The notes under the pieces: model-generated | What the model was told of the DNA's origin: nothing | The model's input: only the letters and a program-made list of their open reading frames with translations | Databases searched by the model: none | Made by a program: the position numbers and the translations under genes | Source: Bacteroidota bacterium | Lineage (GTDB): Bacteria > Bacteroidota > Bacteroidia > CAIKAF01 | Reading direction: 5' to 3' | NCBI GenBank assembly: GCA_027621385.1 | Contig: JAQCBQ010000002.1 | Coordinates: forward strand, 1 to 37,395 | Length of the DNA stretch: 37,395 bases | Shown here: positions 18,024-27,531 of the stretch, in pieces | How the letters are laid out: every line of letters begins with the position of its first letter | Position numbering within the stretch: the first letter of the stretch is position 1

Positions 18024-19511
18024 ATGCCCAAACGGGATAAGCTCTTTCAGTTGGTTCGTTCGCTCAGCAAAACCGAAAAACGATATTTTAGTATCTATGC
18101 TCAGCTGCATGCCAAAAGCGAAAACAACGATTATCTGAAATTATTTCGGGAATTTGAGCGACAGGAAACCCTGGATGAATCTAGGATTAAACAAAATTTA
18201 GAAGGCGAACGACTTTTGGATCATTATGCGGTAACCAAGAGTTATTTGTACGATTTGATATTGAAGGCCATGCGGTCGTACAGCAAGCATTCTGAAGATA
18301 AGCGGGTATTGGATTTCATACAGGATGTTGAATTTTTGGCCAGCAAAGGAATTTTTGATCAAGCCCTACAGCTGCTGAATAAAGCCAGGGAAATTGCGAT
18401 AGAACATGGATTGTTGGCTAGTTTGGATTTGTTGTTGCATTGGGAAAAGCGGATTCATTTGGCCTCTGGGTTCGTTTATTTTAATGAGGAAAAGTTGGCA
18501 AATTTGGGCGATGTGCAGCTTCAATTGCAGATGAAGCGCAGAATGCAAAACCGATTGTGGAGGAAGAATGCCATGGCTTTTGGTGGGGAATTGGGCCGGA
18601 AATACACTGAAAATCCCTTGCATGGATTAAGTGCTGAGGAAGAGAAAGCACTTGAATTGTTAAAAGTTCATCCCCGGAATGAGTTGCCCGCTTTTTTCAT
18701 TGAAATTGAAAAATTGATTTTTGCAGGTAATGCCGAGGAAGCTTTACATTTTTTGGAGCAAACCCAATTGGCTTGGGAGGCTTCCAATCATGCCATAGAG
18801 TTCCCGTTTTTGTTCCTGCGGATTTGCCGAGTCCGCTTCCAGATTTTATTTGATTTGGGTAGGTACAAAGAAGTGGATATGGAGATTGAGCGTCTTGCTA
18901 CCAATGAGCCCTTGTTCACTCTCAACGATTATATTTCTGCCTGGATACGTTCGGTCTCCCTCTATTATGATGGGTATAAATCCGCCCTTCAGCGGGATGA
19001 CTTGGGGCTGAGGCAATTTGTGCTTTCTTGGGAAAAAAGGCCCATACTAGACCAGCTCTACCTGTTGGGATATGAAACCAATGCCACCTTTTTTGTAGGG
19101 TATGCTTCGTACTTACGTAGGAAATGGGATGACGCCGAACAGGAATTTGCAAAAATATGCCGAAATCCAGACGATTGGCCCAATTTGCCTGTCCTTTACG
19201 GAGCCTGGATTTATCGATTAATTTGTCATTTTAAAATGGGAAGTTGGAAGAAAATCATCCGTGTGGCGGCTCGATTTAAAGAGCGTTTGGAGTTGGATGG
19301 CCTTGCCAACTTAGATGAGGTTAAAAGCGTGTTGGGAGAATTGGCCGGAAGTCTATCGGGAACAGACGTCCTGAACTGTTTTCCTCGGCTTCTTCAAATT
19401 CAAATGAATTTCAATTTCTCAAAACAATCTTCTTCCTCATTGTTTGCTTTAAGTTTAGAGGACTTGAAAAGTTTAGATTTAGAAGAAATTCGGCCTCAGG
19501 ACTGGAAATAA
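18024..19511 (+). CDS. hypothetical all-alpha (TPR-like) protein
   Basis: 495 aa with no signal peptide. The N-terminus LVRSLSKTEKRYFSIYAQL resembles a conserved uncharacterised Bacteroidota protein family that I recognise only vaguely. Composition is helix-rich throughout. It is a long uninterrupted ORF with its own candidate promoter. Confidence 0.6.
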   Translation: MPKRDKLFQLVRSLSKTEKRYFSIYAQLHAKSENNDYLKLFREFERQETLDESRIKQNLEGERLLDHYAVTKSYLYDLILKAMRSYSKHSEDKRVLDFIQDVEFLASKGIFDQALQLLNKAREIAIEHGLLASLDLLLHWEKRIHLASGFVYFNEEKLANLGDVQLQLQMKRRMQNRLWRKNAMAFGGELGRKYTENPLHGLSAEEEKALELLKVHPRNELPAFFIEIEKLIFAGNAEEALHFLEQTQLAWEASNHAIEFPFLFLRICRVRFQILFDLGRYKEVDMEIERLATNEPLFTLNDYISAWIRSVSLYYDGYKSALQRDDLGLRQFVLSWEKRPILDQLYLLGYETNATFFVGYASYLRRKWDDAEQEFAKICRNPDDWPNLPVLYGAWIYRLICHFKMGSWKKIIRVAARFKERLELDGLANLDEVKSVLGELAGSLSGTDVLNCFPRLLQIQMNFNFSKQSSSSLFALSLEDLKSLDLEEIRPQDWK

Positions 19512-19533
19512 TGCTAGGCAGGTTGGAATTCTC

Positions 19534-19541
19534 TACTTTTG
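19534..19541 (+). promoter_or_regulatory. candidate -7 box TACTTTTG directly in front of nadK
   Basis: Exact TAnnTTTG match ending 4 nt before the ATG at 19546, which implies a leaderless or near-leaderless transcript. Confidence 0.3.
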
Positions 19542-19545
19542 GTGC

Positions 19546-20418
19546 ATGAAAATTCTATTGTTCGGGAAAAGTCTAGGAGAAGAAGATGTTTCGCTGCTTC
19601 AGGGAATGCGTGATTTTCTGATCCGGAAGAACTGTGGAGTTTGCGTGTATGAACCTTACAACCGGCACTTGCTGGAACGGCATGGACTCGACCTTGGGTT
19701 GCCAATATTTTCAGAGCGAAATGTCCCTGAAGATTCAGATGTCTTAATCGGACTGGGTGGCGATGGCACTATTTTGGAAGCCGCAACCGTTTTAAAAGCC
19801 ACCGGAATTCCAATGTTGGGAATTAATTTGGGCCGGCTTGGATTCTTGTCTCCAGTACCAAAACCATTGGTAGAACAAGCTTTAACTTCGTTAACTGAAG
19901 GGCACTTTACCATTGAAAAGCGGGGTGTATTGGTGGCGGAAGTGGAGGGCATCGAGGAAGAGGCCAAAATGGCCCTAAATGAAGTTACTTTGTTGAAGCG
20001 GGACAGCTCCTCGATGATTGAATTGCGTTGTTTGTTGGACGGTCAGTATTTTAATACGTATCGCTCTGATGGTCTGATTGTTTCAACCCCAACTGGATCT
20101 ACAGGATATTCCCTAAGCTGCGGAGGCCCCATTGTGCATCCATCGGCCCCCGTGCTGGTGATTACTCCCATTGCTCCCCATAACTTGACTCAACGGCCTT
20201 TTGTGGTTTCAGATGGTGCCGTGATTGAGCTGCAATGTACGTCAAGGACCGGAGATTATTTGGTGAGTTTAGACAGCCGCAGTTATCCTTTGCCGGATTC
20301 TCAGCCCATTCGGATTCGTAAAGCCGCCTATTCCGCTTCGTTTGTGCATTTGAAATCAATGAATTACCTTCAAACACTAAGGAATAAATTACTTTGGGGG
20401 CTGGATGCACGAAACTAA
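19546..20418 (+). CDS. nadK: NAD kinase
   Basis: 290 aa. It has the GGDGT motif (LIGLGGDGTILEA) and the TPTGSTGYSLSCGGPIV motif. Confidence 0.9.
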   Translation: MKILLFGKSLGEEDVSLLQGMRDFLIRKNCGVCVYEPYNRHLLERHGLDLGLPIFSERNVPEDSDVLIGLGGDGTILEAATVLKATGIPMLGINLGRLGFLSPVPKPLVEQALTSLTEGHFTIEKRGVLVAEVEGIEEEAKMALNEVTLLKRDSSSMIELRCLLDGQYFNTYRSDGLIVSTPTGSTGYSLSCGGPIVHPSAPVLVITPIAPHNLTQRPFVVSDGAVIELQCTSRTGDYLVSLDSRSYPLPDSQPIRIRKAAYSASFVHLKSMNYLQTLRNKLLWGLDARN

Positions 20419-20448
20419 AATCGGGTTGGTTTATTCGAGAAAGGTGCC

Positions 20449-20456
20449 TACCTTTG
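20449..20456 (+). promoter_or_regulatory. candidate -7 box TACCTTTG for the first DUF6089 gene
   Basis: Exact TAnnTTTG match 24 nt upstream of the ATG at 20481. Confidence 0.35.
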
Positions 20457-20480
20457 GGGAATATATCATTTCCTGAATCT

Positions 20481-21431
20481 ATGAATCGTTCGGCTACTCT
20501 CTCGTTGTTTCTACTACTGCTTGGCATTTCCTCTGTAAGCCAAGCCCAGTCTCGTCGCTACGCTACTGAACAAAATTGGATGGAGAATTTTCGGGTGGTA
20601 ACCGGGATTGGAACTATGAATTTTCTTGGTGATTTGGGAGGAGCCAATGACATTGGCCGCTCCTTTTTGGCCGACTGGGATTGGGAAGCGGTACGTCCTG
20701 TAATTCAGGTTGGAGCTCGGTATCAGTGGCACCGTCGGTTCGCAACCCGTGCCTCCTTTAATTTTGGATGGACCGTAGGAAAAGATTCTTGGACCGAAGA
20801 TCCAGCCAGAAATGCCCGCAATTTATCTTTCCACTCGTTTAATTTTGAATGGGGATTTTTGCCGGAGTTCTATTTCTTGCCCGACGTGCCATTGAAAGGT
20901 CGATACCGTCGCCGCGGTGTAACCGGTAAAACAGGGCGTCCCGTTTTGGGCTACATCTACAGTGGAATCGTTGGCTTTACTATGAATCCCATGGCCAGAA
21001 ATCCCTACGACGGCTTGACTTATGAATTGCAACCCCTCGGTACTGAAGGGCAATTTGTTCTCCCCACGCGGGATCCTTATAGCCTTGTTCAAGTGGCCAT
21101 TCCAATTGGAGTTGGTTTTTCCTTTAAAATTACCAATGAAATCAATCTGGATGTTGAAGTGGGTTGGAGAAGAACGTTTACCGATTACATGGATGATGTT
21201 TCATCTACGTATGTGGATCCCAATTTGTTTGATAGCGACGTTGCAAAGCAATTGTCGATCGGAACTCAAGCTTATTACGTAGATCAAACTCCTGAACCTG
21301 GCGTGCAAGTGTTTGGCCCCGGCGATCAGCGAGGCAACCCCCAAGACAACGATACTTATTTGTTTTTTGCGTTTAATTTAAGTTGGAAATTGACGGCATT
21401 CAAAAACTCAGCCCCAAAATATCCCCGCTAA
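20481..21431 (+). CDS. DUF6089-like outer-membrane beta-barrel protein (paralog 1)
   Basis: ORF 20394..21431. Signal peptide MNRSATLSLFLLLLGISSVSQAQ fits a start at 20481. It has alternating aromatic/hydrophobic beta-strand patterns and FTDYMDDVS. Its position between nadK and uppS is conserved in Bacteroidota. Confidence 0.65.
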   Translation: MNRSATLSLFLLLLGISSVSQAQSRRYATEQNWMENFRVVTGIGTMNFLGDLGGANDIGRSFLADWDWEAVRPVIQVGARYQWHRRFATRASFNFGWTVGKDSWTEDPARNARNLSFHSFNFEWGFLPEFYFLPDVPLKGRYRRRGVTGKTGRPVLGYIYSGIVGFTMNPMARNPYDGLTYELQPLGTEGQFVLPTRDPYSLVQVAIPIGVGFSFKITNEINLDVEVGWRRTFTDYMDDVSSTYVDPNLFDSDVAKQLSIGTQAYYVDQTPEPGVQVFGPGDQRGNPQDNDTYLFFAFNLSWKLTAFKNSAPKYPR

Positions 21432-21483
21432 CCTGTAGTAGATATACGAAAATGTCTGCTTCGGCGTTCGCATATTGCGCATT

Positions 21484-22314
21484 ATGAGGCTGACCTCGAC
21501 GCTTTTAGTTGCTCTTCTTTTTCATTTAAGCTCTATAGCCCAAACACATGAGTTGGGTTTTGGAGTCGGAGGTTCTTATTACCAGGGCGATTTGAACCCT
21601 GAAATCCCCTTTCAACAAACCGAATTGGGATTCCAGGTTTTTTATAGAAAAAATTTTGGCTACCATTGGTCCCTTAGGGCCGGAGGATTCATGGGTAAGG
21701 TTCGTGGAGATGATTCCCTGGGAACCTATGATTTTCAAACAAATAGAAATCTTAGGTTTGAATCGCAAATCTATGAAGGATATGGCCTTCTGGAATTTAA
21801 TTTCCTGCCCTTTCGTCCTGGCCGAACCAACAAAGGAGGCGCTTGGACCCCCTTTGTGTTTGCCGGAATTAGCCTCTTTCATTTTGCTCCCGAAGTAAAC
21901 TACAATGGAACATTGGTTGATTTGGCTTCCCTCAATACAGAAGGACAAAATCTGCCCGGTTCCGTACTGGAAGATTATGGCCGAATTTCTATGTCGGTTC
22001 CCTTCGGAGCGGGCATCAAACTGAAATTGTCCAATCGGTTTAGTCTAATGACCGAATGGGGAATGCGCATGACCTTTACAGATTACTTGGATGACGTTGG
22101 AGTTTCTTATCCCAACCAGGCCCAAATGGTCATTATCAATGGGCAATTGGCCTCTGAATTGTCTGACCCTTCCCTTGGTGGGTTGGTAGGCGGCAGCCCT
22201 TTAACAGGATACCAACGAGGAACTTCAAATAATTTAGACTGGTATTCCTTTTTCAGCGTATCTTTGGTGATTAAAATTAACGACCCAAGAATCTGTTACA
22301 TGAATGGTCTTTGA
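21484..22314 (+). CDS. DUF6089-like outer-membrane beta-barrel protein (paralog 2)
   Basis: ORF 21475..22314, with an ATG at 21484 and signal peptide MRLTSTLLVALLFHLSSIAQ. It shares FTDYLDDVG and YQGDLN-type motifs with the preceding gene. Confidence 0.65.
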   Translation: MRLTSTLLVALLFHLSSIAQTHELGFGVGGSYYQGDLNPEIPFQQTELGFQVFYRKNFGYHWSLRAGGFMGKVRGDDSLGTYDFQTNRNLRFESQIYEGYGLLEFNFLPFRPGRTNKGGAWTPFVFAGISLFHFAPEVNYNGTLVDLASLNTEGQNLPGSVLEDYGRISMSVPFGAGIKLKLSNRFSLMTEWGMRMTFTDYLDDVGVSYPNQAQMVIINGQLASELSDPSLGGLVGGSPLTGYQRGTSNNLDWYSFFSVSLVIKINDPRICYMNGL

Positions 22315-22329
22315 CCGCTAGGCAAGCTT

Positions 22330-23076
22330 ATGGGATTTAAAGAACACATTCAACCGGATAAACTTCCTCAACATGTGGCCATAATTATGGACGGGAATGG
22401 CCGTTGGGCAAAACAGAAGGGAAAGCTACGCACCTTTGGCCACAAAATTGGAGTGAAGGCCGTCCGGGAAACTGTTGAAGGTGCTGCCGAAATTGGATTG
22501 AAGGTACTTACACTCTATGCCTTTTCCACCGAAAACTGGAATCGGCCTCAACGGGAAATCAATGCCTTGATGAATTTATTGGTTGATACCATTCACCAAG
22601 AAACACCTCGGTTAATTGAGAATAAAATTCAACTTCGGGCCATGGGCGATTTAAGTCAATTGCCTTCAAATTGCCAGCGCCAACTTCAGAAAAGCATCGA
22701 TGATACTGCCAATCAATCGGGCATGATTCTGAATTTAGCCTTGTCGTATTCTGCCCGCTGGGAAATTTTACGCGCCGTTAAGGCTCTGGCCGCTCAAGTC
22801 CAAGCCGGCACAATCCGACCCGAAGACATCGATGAGGCTCAGTTTAGTAAACATTTGTGCACCGCAGAATTTCCAGACCCGGAACTGCTGATCCGCACCA
22901 GTGGTGAACAACGCATAAGCAATTACCTTTTGTGGCAAATCGCCTACAGCGAATTGTATTTCACATCTTGCCTGTGGCCAGATTTTACCCGAGAACACCT
23001 GTTTGAAGCTATGGTTGCCTATCAGCAACGGGAACGTCGTTTTGGAAAAATTAGTGAACAAGTAGCTGCGTTGTGA
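22330..23076 (+). CDS. uppS: isoprenyl transferase (undecaprenyl diphosphate synthase)
   Basis: 248 aa with the motifs HVAIIMDGNGRWA, YAFSTENWNRP and IRTSGEQRISNYLLWQ. Confidence 0.95.
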   Translation: MGFKEHIQPDKLPQHVAIIMDGNGRWAKQKGKLRTFGHKIGVKAVRETVEGAAEIGLKVLTLYAFSTENWNRPQREINALMNLLVDTIHQETPRLIENKIQLRAMGDLSQLPSNCQRQLQKSIDDTANQSGMILNLALSYSARWEILRAVKALAAQVQAGTIRPEDIDEAQFSKHLCTAEFPDPELLIRTSGEQRISNYLLWQIAYSELYFTSCLWPDFTREHLFEAMVAYQQRERRFGKISEQVAAL

Positions 23077-25715
23077 AGAGATACTCGCTCATTTGGTTAC
23101 TCCTAATTCTGCTGTGCAATTCGGCCTTGGCGCAAAAGCCTGGATTCGATGTCGATTACCGATATCCACGAACGTACACCATAGATAAAATTCGAGTCCA
23201 ATCGCCCGGCCAAAAATTAGATTCTACCTATGTGGTGCTGTTGAGCGGACTTGCTGTTGGCGATAAAATTCAAATCCCCGGCAGAGAAACCGCTGCGGCC
23301 ATTCGAAAATTGTGGAAAGAAAAAGTGTTTCGAAACATTCGGATATCTGCCAACGAATTGGAACCCGGAAGAGCTGAATTGATTATTTATGCGGAAGAAC
23401 AACCCCGCATTCTAAAGCCAATTATTTATGGCATAAAAAAGGGAGAGCAAGAAGACATTACCAATTTAATTAAATGGTATAGGGGAGAAGTTTATACTGA
23501 AAATTTGAGGAAAATTGCTGAATATCGGATTCGCGATTTTTTGGCTGAAAAAGGATTCCTGAATCCAAGCCTTGATTTTAGAACCGAAACCGACAGCACC
23601 ATGCCCCCCGATTTTGTCAATCTTGTTATTGATATCAATCGAGGTGAAAAGGTCAAGGTGGGCTCACTCGACATTAGCGGTAATGTCTTGGTGAATACCT
23701 CCAAAATCCGCCGAACCATCAAAGAAGCTTTAGTTGAAAAATCCAGAGTGGATTTGGCCCGTGATTTCTTTCAGTTTCTGCAAGGAAATCCGCGGCTGGC
23801 CGAACTGGATTCCGTCCTCTTGGGCAAAGGGTTCTATTCGGCTACCCTGGAATATCTGCGAAATGCCAACCGCATTAATATCTTCACCAAGTCCAAATAC
23901 AATGAACTGGAGTGGGATATGGCAATGCGCAGCATTGTTGGATTGTACCAAGCCAAAGGCTATCGAGATGCCAGAATTGTTCGAGATTCCGTTTTTTATG
24001 CCAATGGGGAATTGCACGCTCAAATTGAAATTTCAGAAGGCATTCAATACCATTTTCGAGACATCCGCTGGCTAGGAAATCAAAAGTACACCTCCGGTCG
24101 ATTGGATAGCCTCTTAGGGATTAAACGCGGCGAAGTGTACGACCAAGAACGATTGACCAAGCGCTTAAACATGGATCAAAACGCCTTGGACATCAGTTCG
24201 CTATACCAAAATGACGGCTATTTGTTTTTCCGCGTCGAGCCGGTAGAAGTTTTGGTGGAAGGAGATAGCATTGACTTGGAAATCCGAATATCGGAAGGCA
24301 AACAAGCCCGAATTCGAAAAATCATCCTTTCTGGAAATACCAAAACCAACGACCGGGTTTTATTGCGAGAAGTTCGCGCCAAACCTGGAGATTTGTTCCG
24401 GCGTTCGGACGTCATTCGAACTCAGCAGGCACTTTCCCAATTGGGAATTATCGACCCTCAAGCCCTAGAAATTATCCCGCGTCCCGACCCCGTAAATGGA
24501 ACGGTAGATTTGGAATTTGTGGTAACAGAGTCGCCTTCCGATCAAATTGAACTTTCGGGTGGCTGGGGCGCCAATCAGGTGGTTGGCACCTTGGGCCTTT
24601 CATTTCGGAATTTTAGCTTAAGGAATATGCTGAAACCTTCCACCTGGTCGCCGCTGCCCTCGGGCGATGGACAACAGTTGTCCATCCGAGCTCAATCCAC
24701 CGGACCTCAATTTCAAGCCTATAACTTTAGCTTTAACGAGCCGTATCTAGGGGGTAAAAAACCCATTTCTCTCGGCGTTTCTGTAAACCACAGCTTGTTT
24801 TCTTTTGGCCTATCCGATTCGTCCTCTCGGCTTATGAATACATCGGTAGGATTGAACATTGGACGGCAACTGCGCTGGCCCGACGATTATTTTCAAATTT
24901 CTGGAGGCATATCCTACAACCGATACGATGCCCGAGATTACCGCTTAATCGCAGGAACGGCTCAAAATTTTACCGGGGTTTCCAACAACTTCAATATCAA
25001 TATTGGATTGATTCGAAATTCCACCGACGATTTTATCTTCCCAACCTCGGGGTCTTTGTTTATGTTCAATGTGGAACTTACACCACCCTTTAGTGCCTTT
25101 AATTCCACCGATTATGCCTCCCTTCCTTTACAAGAACGCTATCAATGGCTGGAATACCACAAATGGAAGTTCCAAGGCAAGTGGTTCATTCCTCTAGATA
25201 AAAGAGCGAACGATAAACCCTCTAAGTTTATCCTTATGCTTAGAACCGAATTCGGTTTCTTAGGGCAATATTCACAGCGCGTCGGGCCTACTCCATTTGA
25301 ACGCTTCTTCTTAGGTGGAGACGGCCTAACCGGCTTTAATATTGACGGTAGAGAAATTATTTCCCTACGCGGATATCCCAACCTCTCATTAACTCCTGGA
25401 TTTGATGGCAATTCCGTCAACTCCGTTGGGGGAACCATTTACAACAAGCATACGCTTGAAATGCGTTTCCTATTGTCTCCCAATCCACAGGCAAAAATTT
25501 GGGTGCATGGGTTTTTGGAAGCCGGAAATGCCTGGGATGGATTCGATAATTATACACCATTTCAATTGCAACGCTCCGTCGGACTTGGTATGCGGTTCTT
25601 TTTACCTATGTTTGGGTTGCTGGGTGTCGATTATGGCTGGGGCATGGATCCACTGCCTCCCAACAATCAGGCCCCAGGAGGTCAGTTTCACTTTATGATT
25701 GGTCAACAGTTTTAA
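23073..25715 (+). CDS. bamA: outer membrane protein assembly factor BamA
   Basis: 880 aa. The GTG start overlaps the uppS stop (GTGA). It has a signal peptide, POTRA-like repeats, and a C-terminal beta-barrel ending in ...FHFMIGQQF with the terminal aromatic residue. Confidence 0.9.
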   Translation: MKRYSLIWLLLILLCNSALAQKPGFDVDYRYPRTYTIDKIRVQSPGQKLDSTYVVLLSGLAVGDKIQIPGRETAAAIRKLWKEKVFRNIRISANELEPGRAELIIYAEEQPRILKPIIYGIKKGEQEDITNLIKWYRGEVYTENLRKIAEYRIRDFLAEKGFLNPSLDFRTETDSTMPPDFVNLVIDINRGEKVKVGSLDISGNVLVNTSKIRRTIKEALVEKSRVDLARDFFQFLQGNPRLAELDSVLLGKGFYSATLEYLRNANRINIFTKSKYNELEWDMAMRSIVGLYQAKGYRDARIVRDSVFYANGELHAQIEISEGIQYHFRDIRWLGNQKYTSGRLDSLLGIKRGEVYDQERLTKRLNMDQNALDISSLYQNDGYLFFRVEPVEVLVEGDSIDLEIRISEGKQARIRKIILSGNTKTNDRVLLREVRAKPGDLFRRSDVIRTQQALSQLGIIDPQALEIIPRPDPVNGTVDLEFVVTESPSDQIELSGGWGANQVVGTLGLSFRNFSLRNMLKPSTWSPLPSGDGQQLSIRAQSTGPQFQAYNFSFNEPYLGGKKPISLGVSVNHSLFSFGLSDSSSRLMNTSVGLNIGRQLRWPDDYFQISGGISYNRYDARDYRLIAGTAQNFTGVSNNFNINIGLIRNSTDDFIFPTSGSLFMFNVELTPPFSAFNSTDYASLPLQERYQWLEYHKWKFQGKWFIPLDKRANDKPSKFILMLRTEFGFLGQYSQRVGPTPFERFFLGGDGLTGFNIDGREIISLRGYPNLSLTPGFDGNSVNSVGGTIYNKHTLEMRFLLSPNPQAKIWVHGFLEAGNAWDGFDNYTPFQLQRSVGLGMRFFLPMFGLLGVDYGWGMDPLPPNNQAPGGQFHFMIGQQF

Positions 25716-25749
25716 TCATGAATCTGCACATAGATTAACCCCGTTCATT

Positions 25750-26352
25750 ATGAAAAACGTACTTTTTTTCCTTGGCTTATCTTTCTTATTTTCCCTCTCC
25801 ATGCAGGCTCAACGCATGGCCTATGTTGATAGCGATTACATTTTGAGCAACGTGCCAGAATTTAAGGCCGCCCAAAAGCAACTGGAAGACATTTCGGTCG
25901 AATGGCAAAAGGAAATTGAAACCAAATTGACTGAAATTGATGCCATGTACCGCAACTATCAGGTGGAAAAAATTCTGTTGAGCGAAGAAATGCGCATCAA
26001 AAAAGAGGATGAAATTCTGGCTAAAGAGAAAGCCGTAAAGGAACTGCAAAAAAAACGATTTGCTCCCGGTGGAGATTTTTTCAAAAAGCAAGAAGAATTA
26101 ATTCGTCCGATTCAAGACAAAGTGTTTAATGCAATTTCTAGTCTGGCCGAAGATAAAAATTACAGCATGGTACTCGACAAGGCGGGTTCTACTACGGTGA
26201 TGTACGGCAACAAACGGTTTGACATCAGCAACGATGTAATTAAGGAAATGGGCTTGGTCCCAGGTGCCATTGACGATGAGGATTCCGATGATGAGGACGA
26301 CCCTGAGGATGAAGACTCAAAAGACCAACCCATCAAAATTGATAAGCGCTAA
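25750..26352 (+). CDS. OmpH/Skp family periplasmic chaperone with acidic C-terminal tail
   Basis: ORF 25699..26352. Signal peptide MKNVLFFLGLSFLFSLSMQAQ fits a start at 25750. The core is coiled-coil and K/E-rich, and the tail reads DDEDSDDEDDPEDEDSKD. It sits immediately downstream of bamA. Confidence 0.8.
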   Translation: MKNVLFFLGLSFLFSLSMQAQRMAYVDSDYILSNVPEFKAAQKQLEDISVEWQKEIETKLTEIDAMYRNYQVEKILLSEEMRIKKEDEILAKEKAVKELQKKRFAPGGDFFKKQEELIRPIQDKVFNAISSLAEDKNYSMVLDKAGSTTVMYGNKRFDISNDVIKEMGLVPGAIDDEDSDDEDDPEDEDSKDQPIKIDKR

Positions 26353-26353
26353 A

Positions 26354-27136
26354 ATGCGTACCCGCATCGGAATGTTTGACTCAGGAGTCGGGGGACTCAC
26401 GGTTCTAAACGCATTCCGCAAGGCCTTCCCTATGGCTGATATTCATTATGTGGGAGATACCTTGCACATGCCGTATGGCGATAAAAGCCCCGAAAAAATC
26501 CAGGAATTCAGTCGGCAAATTGCTCGTTATCTCTGCAGTCAAGGAGCTGAACTTATTGTTATTGCCTGCAATTCAGCTTCCTCATGGGCATACCAGGAGG
26601 TCTGCGATGCGGCAGGTCAGATTCCCGTTCTCGATGTGGTTCGGCCCATCGTACGCTTCTTGGCAAACTCGCCCCAGTTATCTCAGGTTGGGTTAATCGG
26701 TACCCGAGCTACCATTCAATCCGGTATTTATCCAACATTACTGAAGGCAGCAGCTCCCCAAATTCACATCGATGCCCTGCCAACCCCCTTACTGGCACCC
26801 TTGGTAGAAGAGGCCATCGAATTGCGCGCTCTCAACCGCTTATTAATTGAACACTATCTGCATCAGCTCGACACGGAATCCATTCAAGCCTTAGTCCTAG
26901 CCTGTACCCACTACCCGGTTCTGCAAGATATTTTTGTTGAGGTGCTTGGTCCCACCATTCAGGTTTTAAATCCCGGCGAGGTACTGGCCGATGAGTGCCG
27001 TTCAAATGGAATGACCTTCGAAGGTACCGGCAGCTTGCGCTGCGAAATAACCGAATACACTCAGGCATTCGACAAAACAGCTGAACGCCTGCTCGGCCAA
27101 CCCATTCAGCTCAAAACCGTTCAGCTGCCAGCCTAA
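26354..27136 (+). CDS. murI: glutamate racemase
   Basis: ORF 26264..27136. The canonical N-terminus MRTRIGMFDSGVGGLTV starts at 26354. Also present are IACNSAS and the LACTHYP cysteine motifs. Confidence 0.9.
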   Translation: MRTRIGMFDSGVGGLTVLNAFRKAFPMADIHYVGDTLHMPYGDKSPEKIQEFSRQIARYLCSQGAELIVIACNSASSWAYQEVCDAAGQIPVLDVVRPIVRFLANSPQLSQVGLIGTRATIQSGIYPTLLKAAAPQIHIDALPTPLLAPLVEEAIELRALNRLLIEHYLHQLDTESIQALVLACTHYPVLQDIFVEVLGPTIQVLNPGEVLADECRSNGMTFEGTGSLRCEITEYTQAFDKTAERLLGQPIQLKTVQLPA

Positions 27137-27171
27137 ACTCGCACTGATTTTTCTCCCAATTCATTCCTACT

Positions 27172-27341
27172 TTTTTAGGTGTTTTTAGTTTGGGCGGCCG
27201 CGGGCTTTCACCAATAGTCCGCAGCGGCAAGTGGCTGGGCCAGCGGGTTTGCGTGGGCTCCCAAGGTCGCCTCCGCACCGCGCGGCCCAGGCACTTACCG
27301 CTTTGCGGGCTATTCGGTTCAATCCCTGCCGCAATGCCCCA
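27172..27341 (+). repeat. GC-rich structured intergenic element, copy 3 (plus orientation)
   Basis: It reads GGGCGGCCGCGGGCTTTCACCAATAG, then its own arms 27218-27249 / 27278-27310. The invariant GGCTCCCAAGGTCGCCTCC lies at 27257-27275. The 3' part is CTATTCGGTTCAATCCCTGCCGCAATGCCCC. Confidence 0.75.
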
Positions 27342-27531
27342 TGACCTATCATGGAAAGGAAATTATTCCGAGCCCCTGAATCACTACTTTTTCAAAGTAA
27401 AATCACCATACACGGTGCTTTCCTCTTCAACATGAATTGCGATTGGTTCACGTTTGTTCCTTCATAATATTTGTACCTTCGAACTTTGGTTCTGCTAACC
27501 AGAGTTTTACTAATCCTTTAAATTTAAAACC

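Noticed and set aside
27311-27333. GGTTCAATCC / GGTTCAATCG in the 3' block of the elements looks like a tRNA T-loop.
   Set aside because: The flanking bases do not form a 5-bp T-stem, and there is no acceptor stem, D-arm or anticodon arm at tRNA spacing. I found no tRNA gene in the window.
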